Under the pieces are notes generated by a model. It was not told the origin of the DNA and ran no database searches. It saw nothing but the letters and a program-made list of their open reading frames with translations. This document shows, in pieces, positions 12,398 through 27,413 of a stretch of 64,000 bases of DNA. Position 1 is the stretch's first letter; each line of letters opens with the position of its first letter. The DNA lies in the NCBI GenBank assembly GCA_012295275.1, contig CM022665.1, positions 19,468,001 to 19,532,000 on the forward strand, read 5' to 3'. This DNA comes from Chrysomallon squamiferum (Eukaryota > Animalia > Mollusca). Position numbers and translations under genes: made by a program.

Positions 12398-14815
12398 ATG
12401 TACTTGGTCACTGAGTATGCAGGTGAAAATCTATTGGCTGTGATTCCAGAAAATTGGTGGACCCTACAAAATCATGTGCTGTTTTGGCCCCCATCTAAAG
12501 ATTCTGCTATGGATTTTTATTAAGGAGAAACATTTAAAATAAATGAGCTGCTATGAATAAATGTATAAAAAGAATTATTGTAAATGAAAGAAAAACAACA
12601 CTGTCTAAATAAACTGACAAATTGCATTCTGCTGATATAAAAACATAATGTGCAGACATACCACTAGTATATTACCACAATAGGGAATTGAAACACCTTT
12701 GTAACTTGATATCATATATGCATGTAAATATACCAGTGTTACTGATACAGTATTATGGGAAAAGGACAAGCAAAATGCAAAGCAGCTGAGCTAAACTCAG
12801 ACATAGACACTTTCCCCGAAGATGAAAATTTAGAGGGCCAACATCCTTTAAAAAGAATGCGAAGGTATGTGCATAATTAAATGGTGAGACTACAAGTAAG
12901 CACACCAAAATGTATGGTAAAAGGGTTGTTAACAACTGTGAAAGTGATACTATACATTTGCAGTGGAATGCAGCCATCAAGCATTGGCATCCAAGTGATC
13001 ATAGAAGTAGGCATTCACATTCAACCAAATAAAAGTATGCATTCACAGTTAAATGCAATGGTATGCATTTGTTAACAGGATTCATATTTAGAAAAATTGT
13101 ATGGCTGTGTTATTGTGTAATTGTGTTCACATGTTTCAGTCTGCATTATATTCAGTTCTATGGGTACTTTATTTAAATGTAAACTACACTGTGTACTTAC
13201 TATATCATCTATGAAAAGGTAATTATTTGGCTCCATGTATATCTACAATATTTGATTTTTGCAGTTGTTTACACAGAAACATCACCCAACTGATAGTTAA
13301 GAGAAACAGAGACCAAGCTTTGCATGTGACATTTTAATGCTAAGAAATACATTGTAAAACTGTTCTCTGATGTAATACTAATTTTCTTATAGATCTCCAA
13401 TGTGATATCATAATTCTCCTGACAATGAAAGAACACTGAGTGCTTGTCTCAGCCCCTGGTTCTGCATCAGTCAGGACACCATTCAGTACAACTTCTTCCA
13501 GCCATGCTTCTACCAGCCTTGCTTCTGATCATTACAGATTGATGCCCCCATGCTCCTACCAGTTTTAAGTATATGCTGTATTTTTCAACTTTCCTGAAGG
13601 TACATACTTAATGATTATAAATTATGACTGGCATTTTGTTCCAAATTGTTACTGATATTGATGTTTCACTATTTTAATTTCAGGTTCTGTAATCATCCCT
13701 ATGAATCCGGACAGTGGAGGAATACTCAGTAAGTTTCACCATGGCATGGTTTAGCACATTATGCATCAAACAGAACTGTTTCATTTTAGTTTTACTGAAT
13801 TGTACATTTTCTTTTTTGAAAGTATCTGGGGCATGCCTGCAATGTTTTAAAAACCTTTTATTTCAGTGTCTGCGGTGGTATTTTATCAATGTGTTTACAT
13901 GAGTGGACTTTTCGTGTAACTAATTAATAATCTAGCTTAATTTGACTTTCACATGCTCTCTAAATACAGAAAATGAAATAGACTTGAAACTGTTCTGATA
14001 TAATGTCACCCATGTCTTGTTCATAATCCTACATCTGTACTAAAGTTTGTGTTATTGTCACTGGGTGTATCATATGCACCATATTTGTGTGGTAAAACTG
14101 TTCTATTGTTTATAAATTGACTTACTTTTATAAGTCAAATATACATGTGGCAGCCCTACTCTGTCCATCATTTATTCTAAAATTCTTAGTAATTTTTATC
14201 TTCAACAGATCAGACTGCTGAGTTCTTATGGAGGTAAAAACACAGGGGAGGTCACCAGAAAGATGTTAAAAATTGTCTTGAGTCATGAAGCAAGCATCCA
14301 GTATAATCTAATAGGAGCAAAAGGAAAATTGGCATTCAGCAACTTTGCCAACCTCAGTGAAGCCATTCACAGCAAGTTTGCTTACATTACACTAATAATG
14401 AAACAAAAATTACTAATTTTAAAGCACATCAAAGTAAGAAATTAATTATATACAATTGTAATTACTGTTCTGCAGTGGCTAATTAGGAATTCATTATATT
14501 TTGTTATAAATGTTTTACATGCTCATCAGACTTCCATTTGCATTCATGATCAAACACTTCCATGTTTTACCTAATAACTAGAATCACTGATTAAATTGTA
14601 TAAATATTCAGATGAACCAAATATGTTTTTTGTTCAGCTGTATTTGGTTCTATGATTGCTGGCTTATATTATTCATTTCTTCTTCATTGTAGAATCAGTG
14701 AGCCACAGATAAATATACTGGGAGGGGGGGGGACATGCTGGAATGGTTTCAAAACACAAGAGCCTGAATGGGTGGTAGGAAAAGGCTGATAAAAACTACA
14801 CAAGCCATCACTGAC
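12398..14815 (+). pseudogene. Decayed DUF4806 (BEN-like) gene of the type carried by DNA transposons
   Basis: 12398-12523 MYLVTEYAGENLLAVIPENWWTLQNHVLFWPPSK (V.P..W......WPP N-terminal motif). 12751-12864 ..KCKAAELNSDIDTFPEDE..LKRMR. 14209-14371 IRLLSSYGGKNTGEVTRKMLKIVLSHEASIQYNLIGAKGKLAFSNFANLSEAIH (DUF4806 core GG..YN..G.K.K..F). About 14693-14815 EWFQNTRA*MGGRKR. Premature stops and frameshifts are present. Confidence 0.65.
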
Positions 14816-15587
14816 TGAAATTCAGATTTTGTTCTTCTACTTTTGTGTTTAAAACATTTTTACATTTTTTGGTGTAGGCTGCCAAGACCTGATTAATGCA
14901 CTGTTCTTCACTCTGTTATAAAGCTATTGTATTTTTCAAGGTGATTTCTGGCTTCATTTATTTTTTGTTTTTTGTTTTTGTTTTGTGCAAAGTATTGCAT
15001 ATATAATATTGTTCGAGTTGGTATTTGGTTAACTCAGTATTTTTCTGTGGTCCTTGCAATATTAGCACAATGGGATTTGACTGTATGTATGTAAATGATT
15101 GAAATGTATCATTTTCAGTTATGTATATTAATTATAATTATATATCTGTTGTATGCCATAGCATAATCAGTCAGAGTGTGTATGTGTGAATATATTTTAT
15201 ATTAATTTAAATTATATTAGTAATCTGCCTTAAGAACTTTTTAGACATTTATTATATATATATTGTATATTCAATGCTTATCTGGCTACATGTTTGGCCT
15301 ATTCAGCACAATATTAATTGAGCTAATTTCAAAGATTTTTCTGTCATTTGGTCAAAAATGTGAGTAATTATTTATATACGTGTGTGTTTGTGTGTGTTTC
15401 AATGTATTAATGTTTGTATTTAACTGATTTAAACAGATCACTGAAATAAAGAATAACATTTTATTTTCAACTTTTATTTCTTCATTAAGTACCATTCAAG
15501 GAAAGAAATGACAGAGGGGGAAAAAGAACGCATAGGGAATTTAATTTAAAATAATCAAAGTTCAAATACAATTTCAACATTAGTATA

Positions 15588-15629
<42 letters not shown>

Positions 15630-16439
15630 ATGCAACCATTCAGTTCATACAAATTAATTTAAACTATGGACATAATCCAATTTAAGTAAGCCTGCTAATA
15701 TGTTTCATTTTGAATCTCACATTCTGCCAACCTGCTCTAACTTTATATTGGGCAGTACAATTAATAGGCGCTATTTCTAAGTTTCTCATAAAATCCATTA
15801 AAATTAATGTCACCCTTCCACAAAGGATTAATACATATGCACATTTTAGGTATCAAAATTATATTGCTTGATTTCTTTCTTTATTTTATGATTTAAGTGA
15901 TAATCATAATTATTTTCTTCTTCTTCTTTTTTTTTTTTTTCTAAATATTGTAAATGATCATTTAACTTCTAATCAGAATAATGGTAAAAAAAATTGTTAA
16001 TACTAATTTTATAAAACATATATTCATCCACATTCTGCAAGTTTCCTAGCATTGCATATAATGGATACATGGAGTTCTTCCAAATTTATTATATTTAATA
16101 ATATATTTTCACTGTTTGATCTTATAATGTTGTTTCAAAATCAACATACACTACAAGGACAAAAAACATATTGTGCACATATAAGTGTTTAACTGAAATA
16201 AAATGTAATTTTGAATAAACTCTTATTTTAGTTCCTTGACTGGAAAGTTTACCCGCAAATAATTATGGGAAGCATTCTGAGATTCTCTGCATACCAAGCC
16301 AAACAATTTGACGGTGCTTGTCAGATCTTGCCAGTTCTTGACAGACTTGGTACCAAATGTTTCTCATTTGAGCAAGAAAGTCTGGTCAAATTCTAAATCC
16401 AACGATTTAAAGTTAGAGATATCTTTAAAAACTGCATTT

Positions 16440-16792
16440 TTCTGGCTGCAGTCTTCTTGGCTACGTTTTCCGGCTAACAGTAACACACCTACACGCACGC
16501 ACGACCGAACGCGCGCTCTCACGAAATAGCACTTGGATCATCTAATTATCTAGTAAATAACATTGAAGTATTCCAGTAACATAAGTATTTCAAAATCCAA
16601 ATCAATAATTTTTTTTTCTTTGACAATAAAGGCTTTCCGTAGATTTTTAACTCGCGTCATTGAAAAAAAAAAAAAAAAAAATTCATTGTCTATGTTCAAG
16701 GTCGATCAACACTAAAGCTGAGATAATCGAGACAACACAAAATTATTGCGATCGAGTGGAAAAGTTCTGTGTCAACTAAGAACAATATCATC
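16440..16792. promoter_or_regulatory. CpG-enriched promoter region of TALDO1, possibly bidirectional
   Basis: Local cluster of CpGs (ACGCACGCACGACCGAACGCGCGC, CTCGCGTC, TGCGATCGAG) in an otherwise CpG-poor background, immediately upstream of the TALDO1 ATG. Confidence 0.5.
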
Positions 16793-19700
16793 ATGTCGGG
16801 AGAGAAAAAGCAATGCAAGTCAACCCTCGATCAACTGAAACTTGTGACAACTGTGGTAGCAGATACCGGCGACTTCGAAGGTAATTTTAATATTATTTTC
16901 ATTACTTTATTCATTTTGATTTTAAAGTTGCTTCGTCAGTATCCTTTTCCTGTGGCTGAGTTGAATGGATGATGGATCCTTTAAGTTTAAGTTTTCGGTT
17001 TACTCTTATATTAGTATTAAGATGAAATAATTTAATACTACTGCTAGTGAATTCTAAACATGTAGTTAATTTGAAAAATTAATTAGTAAGTATGTGAACA
17101 TTTTTTCAAAAATATTATTTTCCTAAAACATTATACATCATTTATATAGAGCAAAAAAAAAAAAATCGCATATTAAAATATCACCAACATCTCTTGTACG
17201 GCATTGACATATATATAAAAAAAAGTTACGAATGTTTATCGGAATAAAATTTGAGGGTATTTTTCCTTCATAATCTGTAGAGAAACTCAAACTGATTCAT
17301 TTCTGTCATTTTGCAATATGAACTCTGAATATATATAATATAGCTTTAATCCACTTAACATGTATTAACTATTATATATCAAAATGATGCATTCGATGAG
17401 TTCTAAAGCTGTACAGTTTTCTTATGCAAGTTGCTAATAATCATAAGTTTTAAATAATTAATTAATTGCACCAGTTAGCACAAATGTACCATATGCCTTA
17501 ATTATATAATTCTCAAAAAATCAATAGAAATTAAATCCATATACAAAAAGATCATTTTTCAAGACGGATGAATTGTAGGGATCTTTACATATTCAAGGAT
17601 TTAGCTAACATTTATTTCTTTACCAGTTAATTAATAGCATTAATTAGAGTTAATGTGCTGTATGCCTTCATTATACAGATCTAACATTTCATAAGAATCA
17701 AATCAGTGTGTATGAATTATACATGAAGATAGAGTTTTTGAAAGGTTTAGAAGCATATTATGTCATATAAATACGAGATCACTTGACAAAATAAACAAAA
17801 CATCAAACTTGCAAGAGATCATTCATTTTGGTACCCTAAATATTTGTATGAAATTTGACAGTCTGTGAGAGAAATGCATAATTTGAATTCTGTATATGAT
17901 TTAAAGTCTCAAGTGAGCTTACCTTATGCACATGATGATGGTAAATGGTAAATGGTAAATTTGTTGATTCTCAGATGTTTATCAAAGACGACACGTCAAA
18001 AAACAAAAACTATGATGAAGTTGAATATATATACTACATCATAATATATTTTGTTTGTGAAATTATGAAAAAATAATGACTAAACAGAAATGCAGTTGAG
18101 GAAACCCTCTTCAAAGTATCACATCACAACAACTGGGCGACCTTCAGCAGCAGTGCACTTACAGCTTTTGTTTCATACTTGTAATCAGTATTGCAAAAAC
18201 TTAGGTATCCTGTCTTTGGGCTTGTGCACACTTGTAACACTTTTTTATTTGGTTTTTATCTTCAAGAATGACAAATAATTGGCTGAAGTGATTAATTTGT
18301 CTTCATCATTAGTTCAAAGTTATATGCCTGATATTTATAAAATATGTATTAATCTTTCAGTTTAACATTTTAAGGTACAGAAAATGTGGTGACAGTTTTA
18401 AAAGAGAGAGATATGGAAATCAGCATGGAACAAGAATGAATCTATAACATGATAGGATATGAAAAAAATAAATGTTTTTGACTTCTCTTATCAGAGCAAA
18501 TGGAAAATAATAACTAAAAATGACAATAAATATACACCTATTTCAAACAGGTAATAAGTGAATGGATTCAGAAGGTTTAATGATCTGTAAATTTAAAAAG
18601 TGATTAAATTCTGTAAAATACGAGTATTTTAGAGTTATAAAAACCATTAAAATAAGAAAGTGATTAGATAGCTTTACTTTTTTCTGATCATATACAATTT
18701 ATATAGAACCACCTATTTAGAAAATGTTTTCAGCATCACTGAAAATGACTGCTGGAGATGAAAAAGTTAAATATCAAAATTAGCAGTTTTAGGAATGAAC
18801 TGGAAAAAAATCTCAAGTTTTAACACTTCTTAAAGGTTAATATTTTTCAGTTAGGCTTTCATGAAGCTAACACTCCAAATGTTAACTTTTGTAGTGTTAA
18901 ATCTATCATAACCTAACTCAGAATGAAATAAAATAAAAAGTACTTTTATTCCATTCTAGTAAAATATGTGTAATAAATAGGACTCCAGTAGAAAGAACCA
19001 TCTAATTTTCTATCAACAACAATCATCTATAAATTAATATTTCTCAAATATCACTAACATATGTAAACAACAACAATTAAATAAAATTTACTATCCCTAT
19101 TGTTTTAAATATAATTAACAAAATTAATGATCTTTCAGTAATCCATTCGCTGTGACAGACATTATAATGGTGTGTAATATTATTATTATTATTTTTTTTT
19201 TACATTTACATCCCGTCTTCAGTAACTTGAGCCAAAGAAATTAATTTCTTTGATTCAGGTTACTGAAGATGGCATGTAAAAATTAATTTTGACATTACTC
19301 TATTCTAAATATGACTAATAGATTATTTTGTTGTAAAACACTGATTTTAATATAATTGTTAATCCTCTACTTAAAACTTTGAATATTATTGTATTGTAAT
19401 TTATAATTAGCTGTTTTAAATAATCCCATGGAATGCAGTTGTCCTTATAAATCTGACACATGAGATAAATTTAATGGGTAGATAGTTCCATGATACTGTG
19501 AAATGTTCATATATTTGATGCCATTTTCTTTTTAGCTGTTAACTATGTCAGTATTTAAATGTATGTACATGTATAATGGAATATGTTAAATTAACAAAAA
19601 AAAGAAATTAATGTAAATTGAACCTAACTAAACTAATCTTATTAAAGCAAACACAGTACATGCAAAATTACAGATTTGTTACCAATACATTATTTGATTG

Positions 19701-22700
19701 TCTAGTCAGAATCAAGTGTTTTTAACACATCATTGTAGAACTTTCAACAAATTGTCATCCCATCACATCTGACAGAACACCTAACTGTCAGTTTATTCCA
19801 TGTAAATTTCATCATCTCTGATTGACCAGGACATTCCTAAACAGATGTTGAAGTAATCCTTGGTAATCATATTTGTCCAGTATCTAAAATTACATATACC
19901 ATGAAACAGCCTGTATCCCTGGTTGTGGTAAATGTGTGTGTGTGTGTGTGTGTGTTATTTTTACTTTTTCCCTCTCATATGAATGACCTTACACTATCAT
20001 AATAATATAGTCTTTGTGAAATTATATTATGTCATAATTTTTATTTTTTTATTTTATGCTAATGAAATGTTAAACAGATTCTATGCATATATTCAGTAAA
20101 AGTAAATGCATAATTCTAATATTATTGCTTAACATAAATGTTCACATATATTAATTATTGGTATATTTAAAGTGTAATAAAAATGTTTTATAAACATTAC
20201 ATAGAGCTGTTGTTTTTCGGTGCAGTAAATAGCCAACTAGGTACAGGTGTAAAATAGGTCACAGTCTGCTGAACACCAACTACTGACATAATGTTTTTTT
20301 AACTTCCTTTTACATATTTCATTATATAAGGTCATGCCTTCTCTTTTACCAATATTTTATTCATATCATTTCAGGCTAGATTTTTGTTCACAAATATGTA
20401 AAATAATAACAAACACAAATGTATGTTTACAACAGTACACAAGGGTTACAAAAGCCCCACAAAAAAACTATTGTGTTTTTTTTTTTTTTTTATTCTAAAT
20501 TAATACTATAACTAAATCTGTAACATTCACTTTTGACCAAATAACAACTTTTTGTTTTTAATTTAAGACATTAATTTTCTTTTCATTTTTGTGTTTTTAA
20601 AATTAATTTCTTTTCCCAATGTTGCAATAGTGATCAAGTATTTTCAAAAAGCAAATAATATTTATACTTACTCATTATACTTTTTAAAATGCCATAAATC
20701 CTTTGAATAAGAATCTTCAAAACAGTTTTGGGATATGTTCATAAGAAGAAATTTAAGATACTTGATTTTTCAAACATAACTTTATAACTGTTCATTTAAG
20801 GTACCAGCTCTGCATTATTAATAATTATCAAAGATCAGAAACCATAATGTTGAAAAAAAAGGTTTAATTTGGTAAGTATTCAAACTGGTGTCTTTTTAAA
20901 TTATATAAAAGTATAAACCAGAGAACATATTTGTGTTGTTATTAATTTTTTAATTTTTTCCTCCTCACACAGCTATGAAAACATATAAACCAACAGATGC
21001 TACAACAAATCCTTCACTGATTTTAGCTGCCTCCAGCTTACCAGCTTATCAGCATCTCATAAAGGAGGCTATTGACTATGCCAAAAGTTCTGGAGGGTTT
21101 GTCAATATTTTTTTTAAATGTTTTTTTTAAATATTATTATCATATCCTTTTTGAGCTTTTACTTTTATTTTTTTAAAGTTTATTTGTTTGTTACTTAAAG
21201 ATAGAAACACATTATGTTAGTGTTTTATCTTGTGGCTGTTACTATTTTGATGTTGAATTGAAGCATTTAGTTTTATCCTGAAATATACCTAGTGATTTTA
21301 TCCTGCATCCTAAAGTTAACACTAATAAACAGTTTATGATAATAACAGCTGTCACGTAAATTCATAATTATGAAATAAATTAGCAAACTATTTATTTATT
21401 TATTTATTTATATTTTTAAAAATTATTATTGTTTTATTTGCTTCTAGAATTTTTATTTTTTATTATTATTTTTATTTTTTCACCTTATTTGATTCAGGAC
21501 AAATCAAGAAAAGCTGACCAAGGCTATGGATAAAGTATATGTTAATTTTGGAAGAGAAATTTTGAAAATAATACCTGGACGGGTTTCAACTGAAGTTGAT
21601 GCAAGGTACAGTTTCAGTGAATTTATAAATTAAATATATAAAAGTAAAATACTTTATTAGGACACTATTTGTAAGAAGAAAATAAAATTCATAATTACAT
21701 GCAGAGACAGAACTGATAATATATTCAATTAGCATTTTTCAAATTTTAAATTTTTTTTTTAATATTACTGTATGATGTGAATTCATTACGTCATATAAAT
21801 GTCACATAATATTCAATAGAAGTTAGAATATTTATGTTCATTCCTTTTACTGCTACTGTATGTACATATGTTTAATGAAATTTAATTGAAGGCTGTCCTT
21901 TGATAAAGAGGGAATGGTTGCCAAAGCTCGACAGTTGATTGCCCTGTACAAGGAAATGGGCATCAGTAAAGAAAGAATTCTTATTAAGCTTTCTTCAACA
22001 TGGGAGGGTGTTCAGGCTGCAAGGTTTGTTAATGTGTGATTGTTCAACTAATAGCATATTTATTGTTAATAATTCTGTCTTTTACTTATTTATTTTGCTG
22101 CTTCTTATTTGTTTCTTTTTTCCTCTTTAAAAAAAAAAAAAAAAGTATTTACTGGCTTATTACATTATTCTTAACTGTAAATATATATTGGCAGTGCATG
22201 TTTACATGTTGTATGTGATGTTTCAGAGAGCTGGAGAAACAATATGGAATCCATTGCAACATGACCCTAATCTTCAATTTTATTCAGGTAACTCAAGCAG
22301 ACTGTAGATGTAGATCAATTGTAAGATGGAAATAAGAAAATACGAACAAACTCTTATATTTTTTTTTTTTTTTTTTTTTTATTATTATCTGTTAAATTAT
22401 ATGTATCTCTAGTTTTCTTTCACGTAAGTCATTTATCATTCCAAGAACACATTCTGGTTTTATTAATACAGGTTAGGTGTTACTAGTAAATTAATATTTT
22501 AAATATGTTTTTGACATATTAAATTGTTTGTGCTTACATTTTGCAGGCCGTAGCTTGTGGAGATGCTGAAGCAACTCTGATCTCACCATTTGTAGGAAGA
22601 ATCATGGACTGGTTTGTGGCCAACACAGACAAGAAATCATTTGAACCCCTTGAAGATCCTGGTCAGTTAAAACATTTTAAAGATACATGAATCAATATAT

Positions 22701-24391
22701 GTTTACAATTTCTCAACAAATATATTTTTTTATTTACATTCTTTGTTGTAACCATATGCTGGCAGTGTGTTTTAATGTTAATATGAACTTTGATGAGTAT
22801 GTCATGTACTTGAAAGAAAATAATTTTATAATACGTTTTATTCATTTACATTTTTACAACTTTTATGATAAAGCATATAGCACAAATGTAGTCTTCCTTT
22901 TGCTAAAGTGCCAAATATTATCATTTTCATATTTATTTTTTGTATGTGTGCATGTAAACATTATTATTAATTTAAAGTTCTAAGAAATGAAACTGTTTTA
23001 CAATTATTAACAAGAATTTATACACATTATTTGGATAATGCCACACTTTTTGTCATTCAGTTTTTTCTTCAGTAAAAAGATTCAGATTTTTTTTTTCATC
23101 AACCGAATTTATTCAGATTTTTTTTTATATTCATCATCTGAATTTATTTTCGATATTTTTTTTGACCTTAATAAATATTTCCACTCAATAATTTGTTTAA
23201 TATCTTAAAACAGTAAAACAATTTTTACTGTAAACATATTTTCTTTCCCTGTAGCAGAAATGACTTTAGTGACACTTGTGTTAAGCTAAAAATAAAATGA
23301 CTATTGGTGGGAGGTATTTTTGTTTCTATTTTAATTTTTATTAACTAAATTAGTTCATATTTGATGAGTTGAAGAATTTATTAAAAAATGTATTTATGTT
23401 TTCAGGTGTTAAAAGTGTAACCCAGATTTATAATTACTATAAAAAGTTTGGCTACAAAACAACTATTATGGGAGCTTCTTTCAGAAATGTGGGTCAGATC
23501 ATGGGTTTGGCTGGTTGTGACCTTCTCACCATATCGTAAGTTAACAATGTTAAAATGATTAATTTATTAGGAGATAAACCTACTGTTACATCACAGATTA
23601 AAGCAGTGTAGGTGTGTGTCCATGTTACCATGACTAAAACATATCAACTCTAAATGTAACAAGTAAATTGTAAGACCGATTGTCAATTTACTGAACACTT
23701 TGCTATAAGTGTCAAGTATTTTCCCCATGTTTATTATAAACTGAAAATATGAGTACACTTACAAGTTGTGATTCAGGAAATACTTCATTCATAGTTCAGT
23801 TACAGTGTGGGAAATTTCATTTCGTTGCAGAGATATATTCCTTTCCATATAAAATGTATTTGCTGCATATTATTATTACTGTGTAAATGTTTAAAAACTA
23901 CTGGAGATGTTTGAGTTACCTATTTTATCATTCAACAAAAATGAACGTTAAAATATGCATGTTTGCCTTATTTCAGACCTTCTCTCCTGGAAAAACTTTC
24001 AAAGTCAACTGAACAAGTGACAGTTTACCTGAAGGAAGGAAAAGGTTTACAGTTTCTTTTAAAAAAAAAATGATTAACAAAATTAATTTTCTTAGATATT
24101 CCTTACAATTCACATATATAAAATTTATAATCAGTATCAAAAAACATTTACTTCATTGTGAAGTGTAGCAAAATACAAATAGCAAAACTCTAATTCTAAT
24201 GTTGAACTATTAATTATGTCATTTCAGCTCGTGATATGGATATTAATGAAGTAACTGCAGATGAAAAATCTTTTCGCTGGGCAATGAATGAAGATCAGAT
24301 GGCAAATGATAAACTGTCTGAGGGAATCCGCAAATTTGCTGCTGATGCTGTGAAACTGGAAAATGTTCTGAAAGAAAAATTAACAGCTTAA
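16793..24391 (+). CDS. TALDO1: Transaldolase (9 exons, 329 aa)
   Basis: Exons 16793-16880, 20973-21096, 21498-21605, 21892-22023, 22227-22287, 22547-22661, 23406-23535, 23977-24044, 24228-24391(TAA), total 990 nt. Motifs: [34 protein letters not shown], catalytic-Lys [50 protein letters not shown]. Confidence 0.97.
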
Positions 24392-27300
24392 ACATTGCAT
24401 CTTAGGCATGATTTTCTAGTTAATTGTGTTGATCTTGCATATATTTATTAGATTTCTTATATTTTGTCACAGAAAATTTTATCAGTAATATATGCACATC
24501 ATTATAGACCATGTTTGTAGACAGTATTTTCTCTGTCTGGTGGGTGTTCCATTGTTATCTTGATTGTACAAAGATAATGGTTCTCAATTTTAAATCATTT
24601 TTATCATTCCTCTTTTTTTGTAATGTATTGTAAAATTATGAGATTATTACCTCTCTGTGAGGGTGAATTTAATGTTACAAATTATTAAAAGTTATTGATT
24701 TACAGTTATGTTATTAACATCTCAGCATAATTAATTTTGTCTTTATAAAGATATTTATTATTGTTAATAATAATCATGATATGCTGTGGTCATTTGTAAC
24801 AATGACTGAACTTAATGAAAAATTTACATGTGTTGCCAGGGTGCATCAAGTAAATAACATAAGTCTTTTTCACTGGAACTGCAACTTCGAACAAATTTAT
24901 TACTAACTACATCAAATTCGTATAAATGTTTGTCAATATTTGTAGCTATTGAGTGGTTTTATGATTTTTTTTGTTAAACTATTTTTTTTTGTAAACTTGT
25001 TATAAAAACTACTGGTACTGCCAAAAAACAACAAAAAAAAAAAAACTTTTTTTTTTTTTTTTAAATGATATTAATTATCATTGATTATATACCCAGCATA
25101 TAAAGATCAACTTACACAAAGATAAACCAGTTATTTTCCTTTATTATTGTTAGGCATGTAAATTCATGATTTTCTTGTTAAATAATATATTTAAATTTTA
25201 GAATCTTAGTAATTATTTTGTCATTGACTAATTGACTTATTTTTTGATTTTTCATAAATTACTTTTTTCTTCTCTCCTTTTTGTAGCTTACAATAAATTG
25301 TAATAATAAAAATAAAAAGCGAAGTAAAACACTGAGCGTCAGTGAACATAGCAGACTGTATTTTTGTTGTTTTTTTTCTTTATAAAATGTAATACTAGCA
25401 GTAAATGTTTTTACTGAAATACCCTATTTAAAAATATGTATACTGGAACAAGAAATTATTGTACAACTTAAAAAAATTAAAATAAATTGAAAAGTTAATT
25501 ATTAAATTTGATGAAGTTGATGAATTACTGATAATTATTCTGAATTCTGTTACCATTCTTTTGGAAGTGTAAAAAAAAACAAAAAAAAACATTCACAACA
25601 CACAAGTGGACTAAATTTTCAACTTTATATATTTATTATATATTTTATATATCTTTAATCAATGTTTGATGATTAAGAAAAATTTTGTCATGAAGAATTT
25701 AAAAAATTAATATTTATCTAAACCCACACAGGTTAAAACAAAATAAATATGTATAAGAGGCTAATAACAACACTACAAAAAAACCTTAGATTTAAATAGA
25801 TTTAGTTCACACATGTAAATATTTATTTGTATACTTGGTTTCTATTATTTTAATTTATATATGAAAAACATAATTCATTCAGTACTTTACAAAAGGTTCA
25901 CTTTTAAGAACATTTAACAATTTTCAAATTGACAAGTAACTGAACTGAAATGAAAACCTGTCAATATTTCTCAGAAACAGGAAACAATTGCAGCAGTATC
26001 TGTTATAATGAAAACAAAATCAAAATGATTTCATATACAACACCAATATCTGATGCCATATATATATATAAGAGCAGAAACATTTTTAATAAAATGAATG
26101 AAATAAGGCATCAGGGTTGATTTTTCTTATAAAAATGTATTTAAGGCAATGAATTCATAATTTGGGAAGCCGAATCTGTTTTACATTGTATGGATGCTGT
26201 CATGTGACATGTAAAGTGATACTGGTATTCAAACCTGTCATGAATGTCAAAAATATGAATATAATTGTATCATTTAGACTTCTTTGAAATAAAAGTCATT
26301 TACTACTTTTACACAATTCTGATTCAGCATATATGAAATCATCGGGGTTTTTCAAACAAATAGAATTTCTTATCAATTTTTTCACCATAATTATTATTTC
26401 ATGAATATTCATATAATGTTAAATCGGTGCTTCTAAATAAATTAATAAAACATATATAAGGCAAAAATATTTTCTTTATCTGCATAGATGACATCATTAT
26501 CTTGAAGGTTCATGCTTAGCAGAAAATTATTCAAAAAATTATATTACAAAATGGATTTTATTTTGTCAAGTCAGTGCATCCATCTTAGGACTCACAAGAG
26601 ACATTTCGACTGTGAGAATATAAAATTGTGAAATTTTAACAAACATAAAATTTATTTTAATGACTTCATAAATATCTACAAATAATACAAAGAAATTAAA
26701 TATTCACATGAAAGCAGCATGTGCACATTTTAACCAGGCAAATACAGTAATGGATGCTGAATAATCTAAAATCCACATTTAAATAATTGCCTGAAAAAAT
26801 ACATTTGAAAATATAATAAAATAAATGAACTTTATTGCACCACATTATATGTTTGCATTTCATTTTCACTTGTATATATGTAAAATGTTATTTATAAAAT
26901 AAATAAATAAATTTTAAAAAACCCCTGTTTTTTTATCAGACCTGCCTTCCTCACTCAATATCATGATTATCAGGATGTGTATGTGATAACTGCGCAACAT
27001 TTCCTACAGTGTATATTAAGGAAGAAAAAATCACAAATGTATAAAAAAAAAAATAAATAATCATCAGATCCATTTTTTAGATAATAATTTACATTAATAA
27101 ATATCAAATTGTCTGTCAGCTGATAATAATAATATATGTGATAATATTCTGACGTCTCATTCAGATGGATGGGACACAGATCAGGTCCATAGCAAGCATG
27201 CTTCAACCATCTGCAATTACCACATCAATAGCTATTATCTACTGGCAGTGCAAAATATAACTGGTATCACAGACAAGAAGTAGCAAGACATAATTAGTAC

Positions 27301-27413
27301 ATTATAAAACAAACCAGTAATTTATTTTTTCAGAAAATTGAAAAAAAGTATGCCTATTATGTACATATAATAAGAAGTGAAGATGGACTGAGGAAAACCT
27401 TTTCTTTCACTGA

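Noticed and set aside
15680-15860. Minus-strand peptide INPLWKGDINFNGFYEKL as an EF-hand-like exon of the dead gene
   Set aside because: No clear acceptor site, and two competing frames. The similarity is too weak to call.
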